A DNA stretch of 62,994 nt, filler included, from Octopus bimaculoides (Eukaryota): NCBI RefSeq assembly GCF_001194135.2. It is 5 parts of 5 records of this genome, joined end to end, with 100 filler letters (N's around TTAATTAATTAA, not from the genome) between each part and the next. Parts side by side here need not be neighbours in the genome. Positions count along the whole stretch, not along the records: positions 1 to 20,000 come from NC_068982.1; positions 20,101 to 35,771 come from NC_068992.1; 3 more parts are not named here. The stretch is one strand, 5' to 3'. Every line of letters starts with the position of its first letter. Within the stretch, counting starts at the first letter, position 1. The translations under genes were made by a program, and so were the position numbers. The notes beneath the pieces are model-generated. The model was not told the DNA's origin and did no database searches. It saw only the letters and a list, made by a program, of their open reading frames with translations. Of the stretch, positions 13,975 to 27,528 are shown piece by piece.

Positions 13975-14395
13975 TTTAATGGCGAAGACGAAGGCGCAAC
14001 GTGGTAACAAAGCCCTAATCCAGTTTTTGACTGGTCGGGACGGGTGCGAACTATTCGGCTCCGAGCAGATGTGTCCACCCGGTGGCCAAAAACGCTGTTC
14101 TGCGAAAGGCCTGTAATAGCAATTGAAATATGGGAGGTGTTGAGTAATTGCACGAGGTGCAAATAGTCCAGTTTGGACGGTCTGTCTTACGAACAGTACG
14201 AATGCATGCCAGAGTTGTTTAGTGGCCTCCCTTGGCAGACATATACTGCAGATGGCAGCAGAATGGGAGAAATTCCAGCGTTGTGAACTGAAGTGTTGTA
14301 TCGCTGCTGAAAAAGGGGCTGTTAAGAAGGAGGTTGAACATAACTTTCGATCAATGATTCTTCTGAACTACTGTGGACAGTTTGTCTGACATCCT
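13975..14395 (-). mobile_element. Decayed L2/CR1-like ORF2 fragment (EN-RT linker)
   Basis: GC-richer island; VDTSARSRIVRTRP resembles the LDxHAPxRxRxVRxRP linker motif. Confidence 0.35.
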
Positions 14396-15993
14396 ACTTA
14401 TTTTACTAATCTGTGTTTATCCTAATAAATAGACAAAGAAATATAATAAAATAAAATGCGTAAACAAATTACACCTGAGTTTTCTCATTTAACTTGAAAA
14501 TATGTTTTCACTTTTTATTTCTATTCCATTTCATTTTTATCGTAAACAGCTTTAAACAGCAACCGTAAACACAAGCATGTTTACAATATCAGTTGTATTT
14601 TATCTATCAGCCACAAAGTGGAACAAACCATTACGGTATTCACTTAGCAATCATTTTGTGTGAATATGTTTCTTATCAAAACAAGGGACGGCAATTCCTA
14701 ACGCTATATGTTTCCTGGACTCTGATAGTGATAATGTCATTTAAAAGCTTCCGGTTATTTCCGACGCTATGCCAAGCATCTTTGTAACGATAACAATTCT
14801 ATTGCACCCTTTTGCCGATGACACTCCTTGTCCAAGTATATCAGAAACTACTCGGCCAGTCTCTTTATTTGAATTTTAATAGAAAATTATATATGCTTTA
14901 GAAAGGGACTAAGTGTTTCTAATTTCAATTTTGATTTTGATTTTTACTTTCTCCTATTCTTAATAGTATTTAGATAAGCGTAAAAACGAAGTGAATAACA
15001 TAGGTTCTTAATTCGAAAAATTACATATTTTTCGAACTTGTATTTTGCATAGGAATTATTGCGTGGAAGTATTGTTAATGATCAAGAGTAAAAAACCTAA
15101 CTCTGTCAAATGTTCACTTTTTTTGTTTTGAGTTTAAATACCGTTATGAGTCATCACACACATGGATTGATGCACACGCGCGCGTATGTATTTTTATTAT
15201 TAAAGCTGCAAAAGCATCACAGAAGCTGTTACTCAAAGTTTCACTTTCCCGTTCGTCGGACAGTTTTGGTTGAAAATGGAACAAAAAAGGTTATATGTAT
15301 AAATATACAATTACGTTGATAGATACACATTTAAAATTGGTTTTCTTTCATTGGTCCTTTCAACTAACAGTCTTTTCAATAACGGGTTATATGAAATTAA
15401 AATACACTCTGGTGTATGTATGTATGTATGTATGTATGTATACCTGCAGTTTTATGTTTTGTTTTATGTATGGTTTTTCATGCATATACTTGCATATCTA
15501 GATTTGCTCGTATATACTTAAATGATAAACTTCTGGAAAGTTTTACAGATTTTTACAGTTCCAGTGATGGCTATGTATGTATGCATGTATGTATGCATAT
15601 GTGCATGCATACACACAAAGAGGATGCTTTTTCGTAAGGTTCGTACTTTCCTACGTGAAAAAAAGAAAACTTTTAAAAAATCGGATAAATTTTAAAAGTA
15701 GAAAGAATAGAGAGTAAACTGAAATTTTAATATGCTCCAGTTTTTCTTTTTTCTTTTGCGAAATGGAATCTCCGTTGTCGAAAACATGAGAACCCAGTAA
15801 ACTTTTGAAGATTAAAAACGTAAAAAGATTAGGTACATAAAGAACAGATTCGCTTTAAAATGTACTTTCATAATGTTTAACCTAACATTTGTCCAGAAAT
15901 TTTTAAAAAAAGAAAGAAATGTTTTGTAATTTAAAAAAAATCAAGCTAAAAGCATTACTTTTGTATCCATTAAAGGATGGTATTTATAATTTA

Positions 15994-16676
15994 CTAGCTG
16001 ACGTACCCGGTAATTCCCAGGAAAGCGGGGCTTATCCATTGGTTCCGTTCTCATAATTGTTTCGCTAGTCCAATAACAACAATACAAAATATGTAGTCCT
16101 TAAAACGGTTTTTGTGCATTTACAGAGAATACCTAACTGTCTTACACAGGATCTTGTTTTTAGGAATTCCCAATAAGTTATGAATACCCAAATTGTGAAA
16201 TCAGTTATGTAATAACATGAAATTAGTTACCCGATAGTAAGAATTCAAATAACATAGCCCCCAAAAGGGCTTTAATGCGTTCCCAGAGTATATAGAACTT
16301 AGGAGGAAATACTAATAAGGTATGTATACTAAGATCGTGAAGCATGCTACGTAATAACAGGCTAATCAGATATGAGATAACACTAAGTAAATAACTCTGA
16401 AAAGGGTTTTTGTGCGTTCCCAGAGAATATTACCCTCAGATGGATTATTTCCCTTGGCTGTCAAAATCTGGGTAAATAGGTTATTTCCCTTGGCTGTTAA
16501 AATGAAATATATTAGATATATATAAGGATCCCTTCCAGAGACCCTATTATTTTTTTCAAGACATGAGTTCTACTCACGTGTCAAGTTTCATCAAAATCGA
16601 CAAAATGATGTAGGAGGAGTTAGCTAACAATTCCACCAACACACCCACAGACAGAATTTCCCACATATGTAGTAGA
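15994..16676 (-). mobile_element. Non-autonomous Helitron (Lep1-like)
   Basis: Minus strand A|TC...CTAG|T with a degenerate GC hairpin just before CTAG; no TSD. Confidence 0.7.
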
Positions 16677-17243
16677 TAACCACATTTTGTGGTAACTTTT
16701 GGCATAAATTATTAAATACGATTTATATTGATTAAAATTGCACAAAAGGCTTCCATTTTCTATCAACACCATTTCTTTCTTCCTCCACAAGACGTAAAGG
16801 TCCGATTAATTATTTTACAAGTATGTATACATACATTCAAAATGCAATTTTGTTGGGTATAAATTTTTTACCATATTTAGACATTAATCTCAAAATGTCA
16901 ACGCTATCAGTTTGTTCTGTTGAGTCCAAAGATTAAAAAATACAAACGCACAAATAAGCAAACAATCAAAATTGAGACTACATTCAGAGAATTTCACATC
17001 TAAATTCCAAATACAAAACAAAAACAATTGAATTGATAATACCACAGTATAAATAAATAAATAAATAAAAAACTGGTTTCAACTTACTACGAACAAGAAG
17101 TCATTATTTGAACGGATGTTAGACTCGACTGGTATCTTTAAATTATAATTTATTTAATTTCTTTCGCAATATCTAATATGCCCACATGGCTTGTGCAGCA
17201 AAACCATGTTCTTTAACTCTTTATACTTCCCATGTTCTTCATT

Positions 17244-17614
17244 GTGGAGGCACAATGGCCCAGTGGTTAGGGCAGCAGTCATAGGATCGCGGTTTCGATT
17301 CCTAGACCGGGCGTTGTGAGTGTTTATTTAGCGAAAACACCTAAAGCTCCACGAGGCTCCGGCAGGGGATGCTGGCGAACCCTGCTGTACTCTTTCACCA
17401 CAACTTTCTCTCACTCTTTCTTCCTGTTTCAGTTGTGCCTGTAATTCAAAAGGTCAGCCTTGTCACACTGAATATCCCCGAGAACTACGTTAAGGGTACA
17501 TGTGTCTGTGGAGTGCTCAGCCACTTGCACGCTAATTTCACGAGCAGGCTGTTCCATTGATAGGATCAACGGGAACCCTCGACGTCGTAAGCGACGGAGT
17601 GCCAACAACAACAA
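17244..17614 (+). mobile_element. Full-length family C SINE with TSD
   Basis: (CAA)n tail; cttcc(c)atgttcttcatt at 17226-17243 and 17615-17631. Confidence 0.92.
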
Positions 17615-18857
17615 CTTCCATGTTCTTCATTACAGACAGAAAAAGCGACAACTAAATAAGTTTACCAGCGAATCCATTAGTAACTCAAACGGAGATATAA
17701 CCTCTTGATACGTTCTTCTTTAACTACATCGGAGACTGTCACCGGCTTACAGAAAGTTTGTTTAATGGATAGTTAAAAACTTTACAAGAAATCTCTGATG
17801 TTAACCGAGTGGAAGTCATTAATATTAAGTTGATGACTGAAATTACTGAACATAATTCTATTATCCATGTAGCTGTGGTCTTATTTATAAATAAATATTA
17901 GCTTCAAATTTTGGCACAGGACCTACAATTTCGACCCTAGTGCTCAACGGGTACTTATTTTATCGACTTGGAAAGTATGAAAGGCAAAGTCGACCTCGAC
18001 GGAATTTGAACTCAGAACATAAAGACGGATGAAATGTCGTTTAGCATTTCACCCGGCGTGCAAACGTTTCTGTTAGCTTGCTGCCTTACCAGTTTATAAA
18101 TACAGATTTAAATGAGTAGCGACGTCAGTGATGCCAAGCTGTATCGGCTTTCGCCCTACCTTTGGTCAATATCGATGGCGTGGAGAAGGAAGAATGATAT
18201 GCATGGGCGACTGCTGGCTTTTCGCAAAACAATTTTACCCGGACTTGTAACTCGGAGAACTTTCTAGGTACAATCCCATGGTCATTCGAGGTGGGTTTCT
18301 ACCGTTTATATATGGACACACACATTTTGATACATATATATCTATCGACTTTCTCTTTCTTTCTTCCTTCCTTTCTCTCTCTCTCTCTCTCTCTGTACGT
18401 GTGTGTGTGTGTGTGTACACATGCACACGCGCACGCACACGCACACGCACACGCACACTCACGTTTCAGTCACAGTAATAGATACATACTGTATATTGAT
18501 AGAAGTTCACACATAAATACGTACACACTTATTTAGCACATTGCATAGCTGGCGTATTTTGTCTGTAATTTTATCCGAATTAGCTTACAGTCAGGTTTCC
18601 TTGAAACTGCTGGTTCTTCTGATATATCAGAAGTAAAAGGAGTTTCTCAAGAAGATTGATTTAGCTGATTAATAACATTTATAGACATTATCCGGTATAG
18701 CGTTATATGTTGTTACTAGCTCACCTTAAAATGAGCGAGATGTCGATACTAAATTTTCTTTATAGTAAGCACAGATTGTTTACATGATACACGTTCAATT
18801 TTATCATATCACAAAAATAATCGATTTGGCCGTGACCTATACGATTATGAATACACA

Positions 18858-18902
<45 letters not shown>

Positions 18903-19179
18903 GTCCTTTGGTCCTTTCGTTCACTGTATCTTATAATTCTGTTTGTTGTAAACTTATGTTCTGTTTGAAGTACAGGAAACGTATAACTGTTTCCAGATTG
19001 GAAAAATTATACTTAGATGCTTAACATTAATTTCTTTTCTTTTAGCTAATACGTAAATTATCCAAGAGTTTATAACCATAATGTCTATAGAAACTTCTGA
19101 TTTGGAGTACGCTTGAGCTTAAGTAACTGAAATTAAAGCAATTGACATTTATTAGCGTTTAGTTCGAACTATTAGAAAT

Positions 19180-19680
19180 CATTGGTTGGAGAGAAAATCT
19201 AGTAAGATAGAACATCTGAGTGAATTACAATTGAAAAATGTTTAGAGTAAGATATTGGTGGAAGATGAATGAACTATGAGTAGAGGGTGTATAGGCGTAT
19301 CAAATTCAGAGGAACATAAGCCATTATTTTATTGACAGTGAAGATAGAAGGATGGATAAAAAGGAATGATTAGTTTGCGGTTGTAGGTTTTTGTAAGTGT
19401 AATTTGGTCCATTAGGTAAATTGCTTTCTGTGCAAGTGAACCATTTTAGTTAGATAAGAACAGTAATTTAGTGAAAAGTATACTTCATGTCTGAACTGGA
19501 TTAGACGATATCCAGCACTGAAATAAGGAGCATCTGGTTCCGAACAAATCATAGTCAAATAAAGCAATTTACAAGGCTCACCCTTCAAAATCGTCATTAT
19601 CAGTCTCAATCCCGTAAACATCAACCCCAAATTCTTTGCCGTCAGCCTCAATTTCTATCATCATTTTCAATTAGATTGTC
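19180..19680 (-). mobile_element. Decayed LINE 3' ORF fragment
   Basis: Broken frame resembling the post-RT region of CR1/Jockey LINEs. Confidence 0.35.
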
Positions 19681-21096
19681 GTTTGTCTTGACTTCATAAT
19701 CGCCAACTTAAATACCGTCACCGTAAAGTGGAGCGAATTTATTTCATGAACTGATATCGACATTAATGATTACTTGCTGCAAAATTGTAAAAGAATGTAA
19801 ACACTAAAGCCTTTTGTAAAATATTACAAGCTTTGTATAATAAAAATTAATTCACCTAATTGTACATTAATCTCAAAATGTCAACGCTATCAGTTTGTTC
19901 TGTTGAGTCCAAAGATTATATATATATCTATCTATATATATATATATATATATATATCTATATATATATATATATATATCTATATATATATATATATATA
20001 NNNNNNNNNNNNNNNNNNNNNNNNNNNNNNNNNNNNNNNNNNNNTTAATTAATTAANNNNNNNNNNNNNNNNNNNNNNNNNNNNNNNNNNNNNNNNNNNN
20101 GAAGGTATGTCAGAAGAAAGTAATTCAACAACGCAGGTTGATGAGCCGTAAGACGTGTGGCCAGAACCTCCTGGAAAATAACCATAGCGATGGACATTCC
20201 ACAGTTGAATTAGAACAGTCACAAACAGTGAAAGAAGACATGCACCCAACACTAGAGCTGAAGACACCTCCGAAAGGAGGGGCCCCGCCACGTCAAAACG
20301 GTAGAGGAGTAGGGGCCGAAACCGGACGTGGTTCCTCCTGATGATGTCTTGAGCTAACTGGATCCTATAAAGGAGCTGTTGTGGTAGCAGACCACGAAAC
20401 ATGGTTGAAATTCCTCAGGACTGTTAAAAAGAATCACCTTGAAACTGGTTAGGAGTGGAATAACATTTCTGTAATTATATTGAAAAAACCGTTGAGGCTT
20501 TCTACTTCGCCAAGTTTTCGAACGTGTTATAATATGCAGAATAATATTTTTTCCAGATATATTTGCGAGTCTTCATGTTGGTAGTACTTGAAAGTGAACG
20601 TTATTGTTTATTTAAAGTACAGGCAGCAAGTAAACTTTCAATATCAGCGCGTTTCACTGTTGGTGGGGGCATGTTACATACATAAACTAAGACACACACA
20701 CACATACATTAATGCATACCCGAAGCCTATCTCTGTTGCTGTGTGTGTATGTCTCTGTCTTTAGATCAGTGTGTTTGTCAGTCGTCACAAAAATGTATGT
20801 AGACTGACAGACACATACACCGTCACACACATATACTTGTCAGTCGTCGGCCTAACGTAGGTAACGAAGGCGCGAACACACTCATATAGAAAATGTGACG
20901 TTATCGTGGTGATATAAAATGTCGTTTACGATAGGTGACTAAAAGAAAAAGGATAATGTTAAATTTTTGTAATGCAAATATGTGAATGAAAATATAATTT
21001 AGTTGGTAGCCAAAGGCTTACTGAATTTTTTAATGCCCATACGTCAGAATAGGCAACTAGGTTTTGGAATGCATAAGGAACATACGCACGCACACA

Positions 21097-21172
<76 letters not shown>

Positions 21173-22489
21173 CTCTTTTATAGATATAGATAGATATATG
21201 CATCTCTATGTGATGTGTGTGTATATGTATACATATTTTTGACTGTTTACTGAATCATTTCTGCCCATCATATTTATGTTACAACACGGGGCACGAGGCT
21301 ATGCTGGAAATTAATTGTACTGTGTCTCACTCTTGGATCGAACACAGAACCACATGGTTGAAAAGAGCGAATTTCTGAAGAACACAAGCATGGTTCCAGA
21401 AATTCTGGGTAAAATAATTTCTGGCAGTGGGGTAGATAGATGTTCGGGGTATCTCTATTAGATCGAAGTCAAAGTTTGTCGTGAACTTACTGAGGGGAAA
21501 ATTTATACAATTCACAGAAGATTGACTATTCAAACAGAAATTTCAATAAAATGGCAGATATGGAGTGAGTGGGCATGTTACAATAGTTGCAAGACAATGG
21601 AATCCAATATGAATTAAAATGAAAATATCTTACTAATGGAACCAAATATCAATAAGAATTGTTGTTGGAAGTTTAGGTGAACGGCAACGAAGACGTGAAA
21701 TTATTGATCGAAAATGTTGTATTTGCGATTTCTATGAATTTATCAATTCTCTCAATTTAAGATATCCACGATCACAAGTCGATATACATTATACATTCAA
21801 ATAATTGTCACAGCAAACAGTAAAACCGTATGCGTTTGAATTCGTTGAGTGAATTAATAATATCGTTCTGTTAAATGTTGTGAGTTATATCTGCAAACTC
21901 CCTTATCGCTCATTAATTATGTGAGGATGTGTGTGCAAGAATGGATATTTCTGTTAATAAAATATTCATTTAAGATAACTAATTCGCCTTTAGGTCGAGA
22001 GTTGTAAACCGAAGAATGGATGGATTTACGTAGAAGGAATGCAATACAATGAAATGAATATGAGTCCAAACAAAACTAAATGACTTTGATAACGAACGTA
22101 AAAAGGGTTTGACAGATGTTTATAGTTTTCGTGAACGAAAAGAGCGAACAGGTTTATTTTGAAAGAGATTAAGGAAACAGAACTATAATAAAAAAATCAG
22201 TGAATTGGATATAAAAAAAAACGTGTTTGTAGAATATACAGCGAATTACACAGTAATTCAATGTGAATGTGGTTCGGTTGTTCGAATCGATGAATAGTCA
22301 TCGTAGACACTGATGGAAACCCATTCATTACTTAGCCTAGGTTACTATGCTATTTATATCTACTTAATTATTTTCCATTCATCACATTTCTCTTCAATAA
22401 ATAATTAGTTCTTTTTATATATATTTCGATACTGTGAATGTTTTTTATCCTTTTCACATTCAGACCAAACTACTTATTCACCCACACAC

Positions 22490-22541
22490 CATCATCATCA
22501 TCGTCGTCGTCGTCGTCGGCATCGTCGTCGTCGTCTTCTTC

Positions 22542-22595
<54 letters not shown>

Positions 22596-22626
22596 GTCAT
22601 CATCATCATCGTCATCATCATCATCA
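22490..22626. repeat. Compound (CAT)/(CGT)/(CTT) microsatellite
   Basis: Seen directly. Confidence 0.95.
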
Positions 22627-22826
22627 GGTGAGCTGGCAAAATAGTTAGCACACTAGATAAAGTACTTCGCAGCATTTCGTCCGCTTATACAGTCTGAGTT
22701 CAAATTCCGCCGAAGTGGACTTTGTCTTTCATCCTATCGGGGTCGATAGAATAAGTACTAGCGAAACACTGAGGTCGATGTAGCGATCGCGAGTGCTACA
22801 CTTTAACCACTAGGCTATGACTCCTC

Positions 22827-22881
<55 letters not shown>

Positions 22882-25550
22882 GAATAAACAGCACTGCTTG
22901 AAATCGCTCGAATACTCCGGATGGTGCTCAAAAAATAAGGGGTGTTACTTTAGTTCACTGGTAGTGAACAGCTGGCACCGTAGTACATCTCCAGTGCTAG
23001 AAGCTGTGCAAAGACAATGATAATAATAATGATAATAACCCTTTCCACTAGAAGCATAAGGTCTCAAATTTAAGGGATTATGTCGATTACATTGACCCCC
23101 AATGCGTAAATGGTACTTACTTAATCGACCCCAAAAGGATGAAAGGTAAAGTCGATCTAAACGGAATTTGAACTTACAACGTCGCGATGGGCAAAATACT
23201 GCTAAGAATTTCGTCCAACGTTCTAACAATTCTGTCAGCTAGCCGCCTTAACAACAACAGCAACAATAATAATAAAAATGATAATAATTTATGAAGATTG
23301 ACGTCACTCTTCACGAAGGTAAATGCACAATAAAAAGAGTGCGATACGATTTGTACAGTATTTTGACAGCATGTCTGTCTTTGTCGGGTTGAAAATAAAA
23401 AAAGAAAAGAAATGAAAAATACGCAGAAATACAGAAATTCAAAATTTAAACTTATATATCCTTCCCACCTTTTTAGACAAAACGTTGTCATCAATTTTCT
23501 CTTTTCCATAAATTGATAAGAAAGAAAAGAAAATACGAAGAAAAAAGATAGTATGAAAGACCAGACTTATTCGAAAAGTTTTGATGGAACTCTCCTGTCA
23601 TTTTGTTTGTTTTCCTCCTGAGCGTGATGTTAATAATTCACAAATATATTTTTTCTGATCTGTTTTCAGGACTAAAAAGGCACTAATCGATTTCCTCCTC
23701 CCCCAAATTACAGGCCTTGTACCTATAGAAAGAAACATTATTTTCGGTTTTCTTTAATTTTTTCATATAATGCGAAGAACATAAAAAAAAAAAGCTTTAA
23801 ATAGTCAGGACTTTATATTTCATGATAAAACATTTAATATCTACTGATATTCTTGACATACATTTTGTTGTTATAAGTCTGTATATTATTTGGAATTTGA
23901 TAAAAATGTCTTGGTGCATATATTTATATTATATCATTTTGTAATAACATTCTGAGTTTTAGTAAGAAATATTGCTCACGTGACATTACCATCTGTTGTA
24001 CAATGGAATATTGTGATTATGTAGATTTTACTATTGGCATATGAAGTATAAGGGCGCGCAGCCTAGAGTTTGGTGGGTTGTACTCGTTATCATGATTTCG
24101 ATTCCCGAACCATTCGGTGCGTCCCGCTTTCGAGCAAAATATTTCATCTCGTGTTGCTCGCCGATCACTTCGACATCTGACGTATGGCACGTCGTGCTCC
24201 TGTACAAACAATATCGATTTGATGGAGCGAAAGAGCACAAGCAGACGTGAAGTTGTTCATCAAGAAATTGCTGAATTGACTTTCTAGGATTCGAGATTCT
24301 ACCACCACCAACAAGCTATGATAGTGGTTGCGACTAAAGTTGACTAAACTAGGACGAGATATCCTAATGTTGTTTAAGACGACAAGCTAGTAGAATCGTT
24401 GGCACGCCGGACGTTATATTTAGCGGTATTTCATCCGTCTTTGCGTTCTGAGTTCAAATTCAACTGAGGTAAATGGTAAAGACCCACTTCGATCATGAAT
24501 GACCATGGCTTTGCACCTAGAAAGTTACGCTTCGAGGCACAAGCCTGGTCAGGTTTGTTTATGGCAGGCCAGCAGTCACCCAAGCATACCATCCTTCCAT
24601 CTCCACGCCACTGATGTTATCCAAAGGAAAGGCAAAGGCTGATACAGCTTGGCACCAGTGACGTCGCAACTCATTTTTGCAGCTGAATGAACTGGAGTAA
24701 CTTGAAATAAAGTGTCTTGCTCAAAAATGCAACATACAGCACGGGCAGGAATAGATCTCACTACCTCATCATTGTAAATCCGACGCTCTACCCACTGAGC
24801 CATGCGCCTTCACATCCCTGAGGTACGTACATATTAATTGCTAGTAAGGACACCGTATTTAGTTTTGCAATCATAATATACTACCAAGTATATCAAAGTG
24901 TGTTACCTTTGTGTTAGAAGTGCGATATAGCGCGAAGACGCGTGGCTTAGTGGTTAATGCATTGGATTCACGATCGTAAGATTGTGGTTTCGATTCATGG
25001 ACTGGGAGATGCGTTGTGTTCTTGAGCAAAAACACTTAACTTCACGTTGCTCCAGTCAACTCAGCTGAAGAAAAGAGTTTAGTTTGTTGAAGGATGGGAT
25101 CCATCAGGCTTCTTCGCTCGCCCTATACATGCTGAAAGGCTGCAACGCTCCAACGACCCCCAAGAGGTTAAGGGACTTGTCAATTGTGAAGTCGCACTTT
25201 TAAGTTTACCTCTATTAATTTTCTTAAGAATTCAGAGCCGTTCGTGGCTGGTAGACAGGTTGGATGTGCAACAAACAAGATGAGGACAAATATCTGTCGA
25301 ATGTAAATAATGTACATAATTCCTCATCTCTTAAATATAGAACTGCAGGTTGTATGTGGTTGTTATTTTTGAAAAATCTAGCAATATCATTAAATAGAAT
25401 TATTTATTTTGATGTGCATGGTATTCGAAATCGTTTTGGCGTCATTTCGAGCTGCGTGGCATCTTATGTAACAACGTTGTTCGACAACCTCGGACTGGTA
25501 AATATCTTGCAAATGAAATTTGGTCGATGGAAAATGTGCGAAAACATTGG

Positions 25551-25551
<1 letters not shown>

Positions 25552-25627
<76 letters not shown>
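25552..25627. repeat. (TATC)n; similar tracts at 31328-31400 and 31838-31908
   Basis: Seen directly. Many further (TA), (CA), (GA) and (AAT) tracts flank the N gaps. Confidence 0.95.
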
Positions 25628-26503
25628 ACCCACGCACATACATACTCACGCATATATATNNNNNNNNNNNNNNNNNNNNNNNNNNNNNNNNNNNNNNNNN
25701 NNNNNNNNNNNNNNNNNNNNNNNNNNNNNNNNNNNNNNNNNNNNNNNNNNNNNNNNNNNNNNNNNNNNNNNNNNNNNNNNNNNNNNNNNNNNNNNNNNNN
25801 NNNNNNNNNNNNNNNNNNNNNNNNNNNNNNNNNNNNNNNNNNNNNNNNNNNNNNNNNNNNNNNNATATATATATATATATATATATATACTGACTTCCGT
25901 ACAGTTACGGTCCACGAAATTCACTCACAAGGCATTGGTTGGTCAGGGGCTATAACAGAAGACACTTACCCAAGAAAACTGAACTCAAAACCACGTGGCT
26001 GCAAATCAAACCACAGCTATGCTTACACCTATTATTCACTGCAAAAACAAATAAAAACAGAAATATGTATATATATTTCATTTTACACAACAATGTAAAC
26101 CAAATATTTCCTGCTCTAGCTGGTTTAATTTGAAGTTCTGCATGAAGATTGTTTTTTATTTTACAGATGAACGATTTTTTTCTTTTATGTGTAAGAATAT
26201 AGAAACATTCTGAAAACTTTCTACTTTAAAAAGAAATCACTTAAGATGTACGACGATAGTTTTCATGAAAGAAGTGAGAGTCTATATTGCTTTTTTTCAC
26301 ACGAGATCCAGATTGCTGATTGCATCTTCACAATGCCATATACTAAATGCATATGACACACACACACAAATATATATAAATAAAAAACGAACCATCTGCA
26401 AATGATACTTGCGAAATAGTTTTTGTAATCATTTGATAAATGCGATATTTACTACATGACGTAAGTAATCTAATATATACATATGCACATAGATGAATAC
26501 ACA

Positions 26504-26555
<52 letters not shown>

Positions 26556-27366
26556 TACACACACATATATGTATATATACGAGTACACTATGTATATAAT
26601 AGATATTATTTATATATATTAGTACACTATGTACTAATAATGTATATATAATTGATGTATATACACATACATACATGCAGACGTATATATGCACTGAAAA
26701 GGAGATATAGTTGAAGACACTTTCCCAAGGTACCGTGCAATGGGACTGAACTCGAAACCATGTGGTTGGGAAGCAAGCTTCTCACCACACAGCAATTCCT
26801 GCACTCGTTGTTAAATAATTTAGAAGATTTACTTTAAATTCCATTATATGCTATTTGTAATCACATACAATAACGATTCCGTTTGAAACACAGAGTGAAT
26901 TTGAATTACTTGCAAAAGTAGCAAAGCAATGCCTTTTGGCTTATAACGTTTTATTTCTTCTCGCTGCTTAATTATTCATAGTTAAATTTGTGTTAGTACA
27001 GCCATTAAATATATTAACATTTAGTTACATCTAAGTAGTTGTCTATCTGCCTCATCTTATAATGATTTCCAATGAGGCTTTTAATGCATCATGCATTAAA
27101 TATGTTAACACTAAGTTAACTATTGTTTATCATGCGGATGGCTTCTGAATTAATGTGTAAGCAATTCGTTTTTCATGCAACAACAACATCAAAATTAACA
27201 TTTTTAGCATTTAGTGAGTGATTCTATGTTTCATTAATATTTTCGTAAAAAGGTATACTTGCAGCATGAAATATTCAGAATGAAACTAAAACGTATGTTG
27301 AGCTCTTGCAGTTGTCTGAGGCTGAATATATGTATGCATGCATGCACATATATATATATGTACATA

Positions 27367-27398
<32 letters not shown>

Positions 27399-27479
27399 NN
27401 NNNNNNNNNNNNNNNNNNNNNNNNNNNNNNNNNNNNNNNNNNNNNNNNNNNNNNNNNNNNNNNNNNNNNNNNNNNNNNN

Positions 27480-27528
<49 letters not shown>

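Noticed and set aside
17088-17135. 48-nt exon candidate with GTAAGT donor
   Set aside because: Poor acceptor, and neither open phase fits the neighbouring candidate.
20045-20056. TTAATTAATTAA centred in 100-nt N blocks (also 35816-35827, 45105-45116, 60842-60853)
   Set aside because: Identical 44N+12+44N layout with stops in all six frames: an artificial scaffolding linker, not biology.
20107-20121. MSEES, same as the human MK5 N-terminus
   Set aside because: Five residues, opposite strand, 40 kb away, stop soon after; coincidence.
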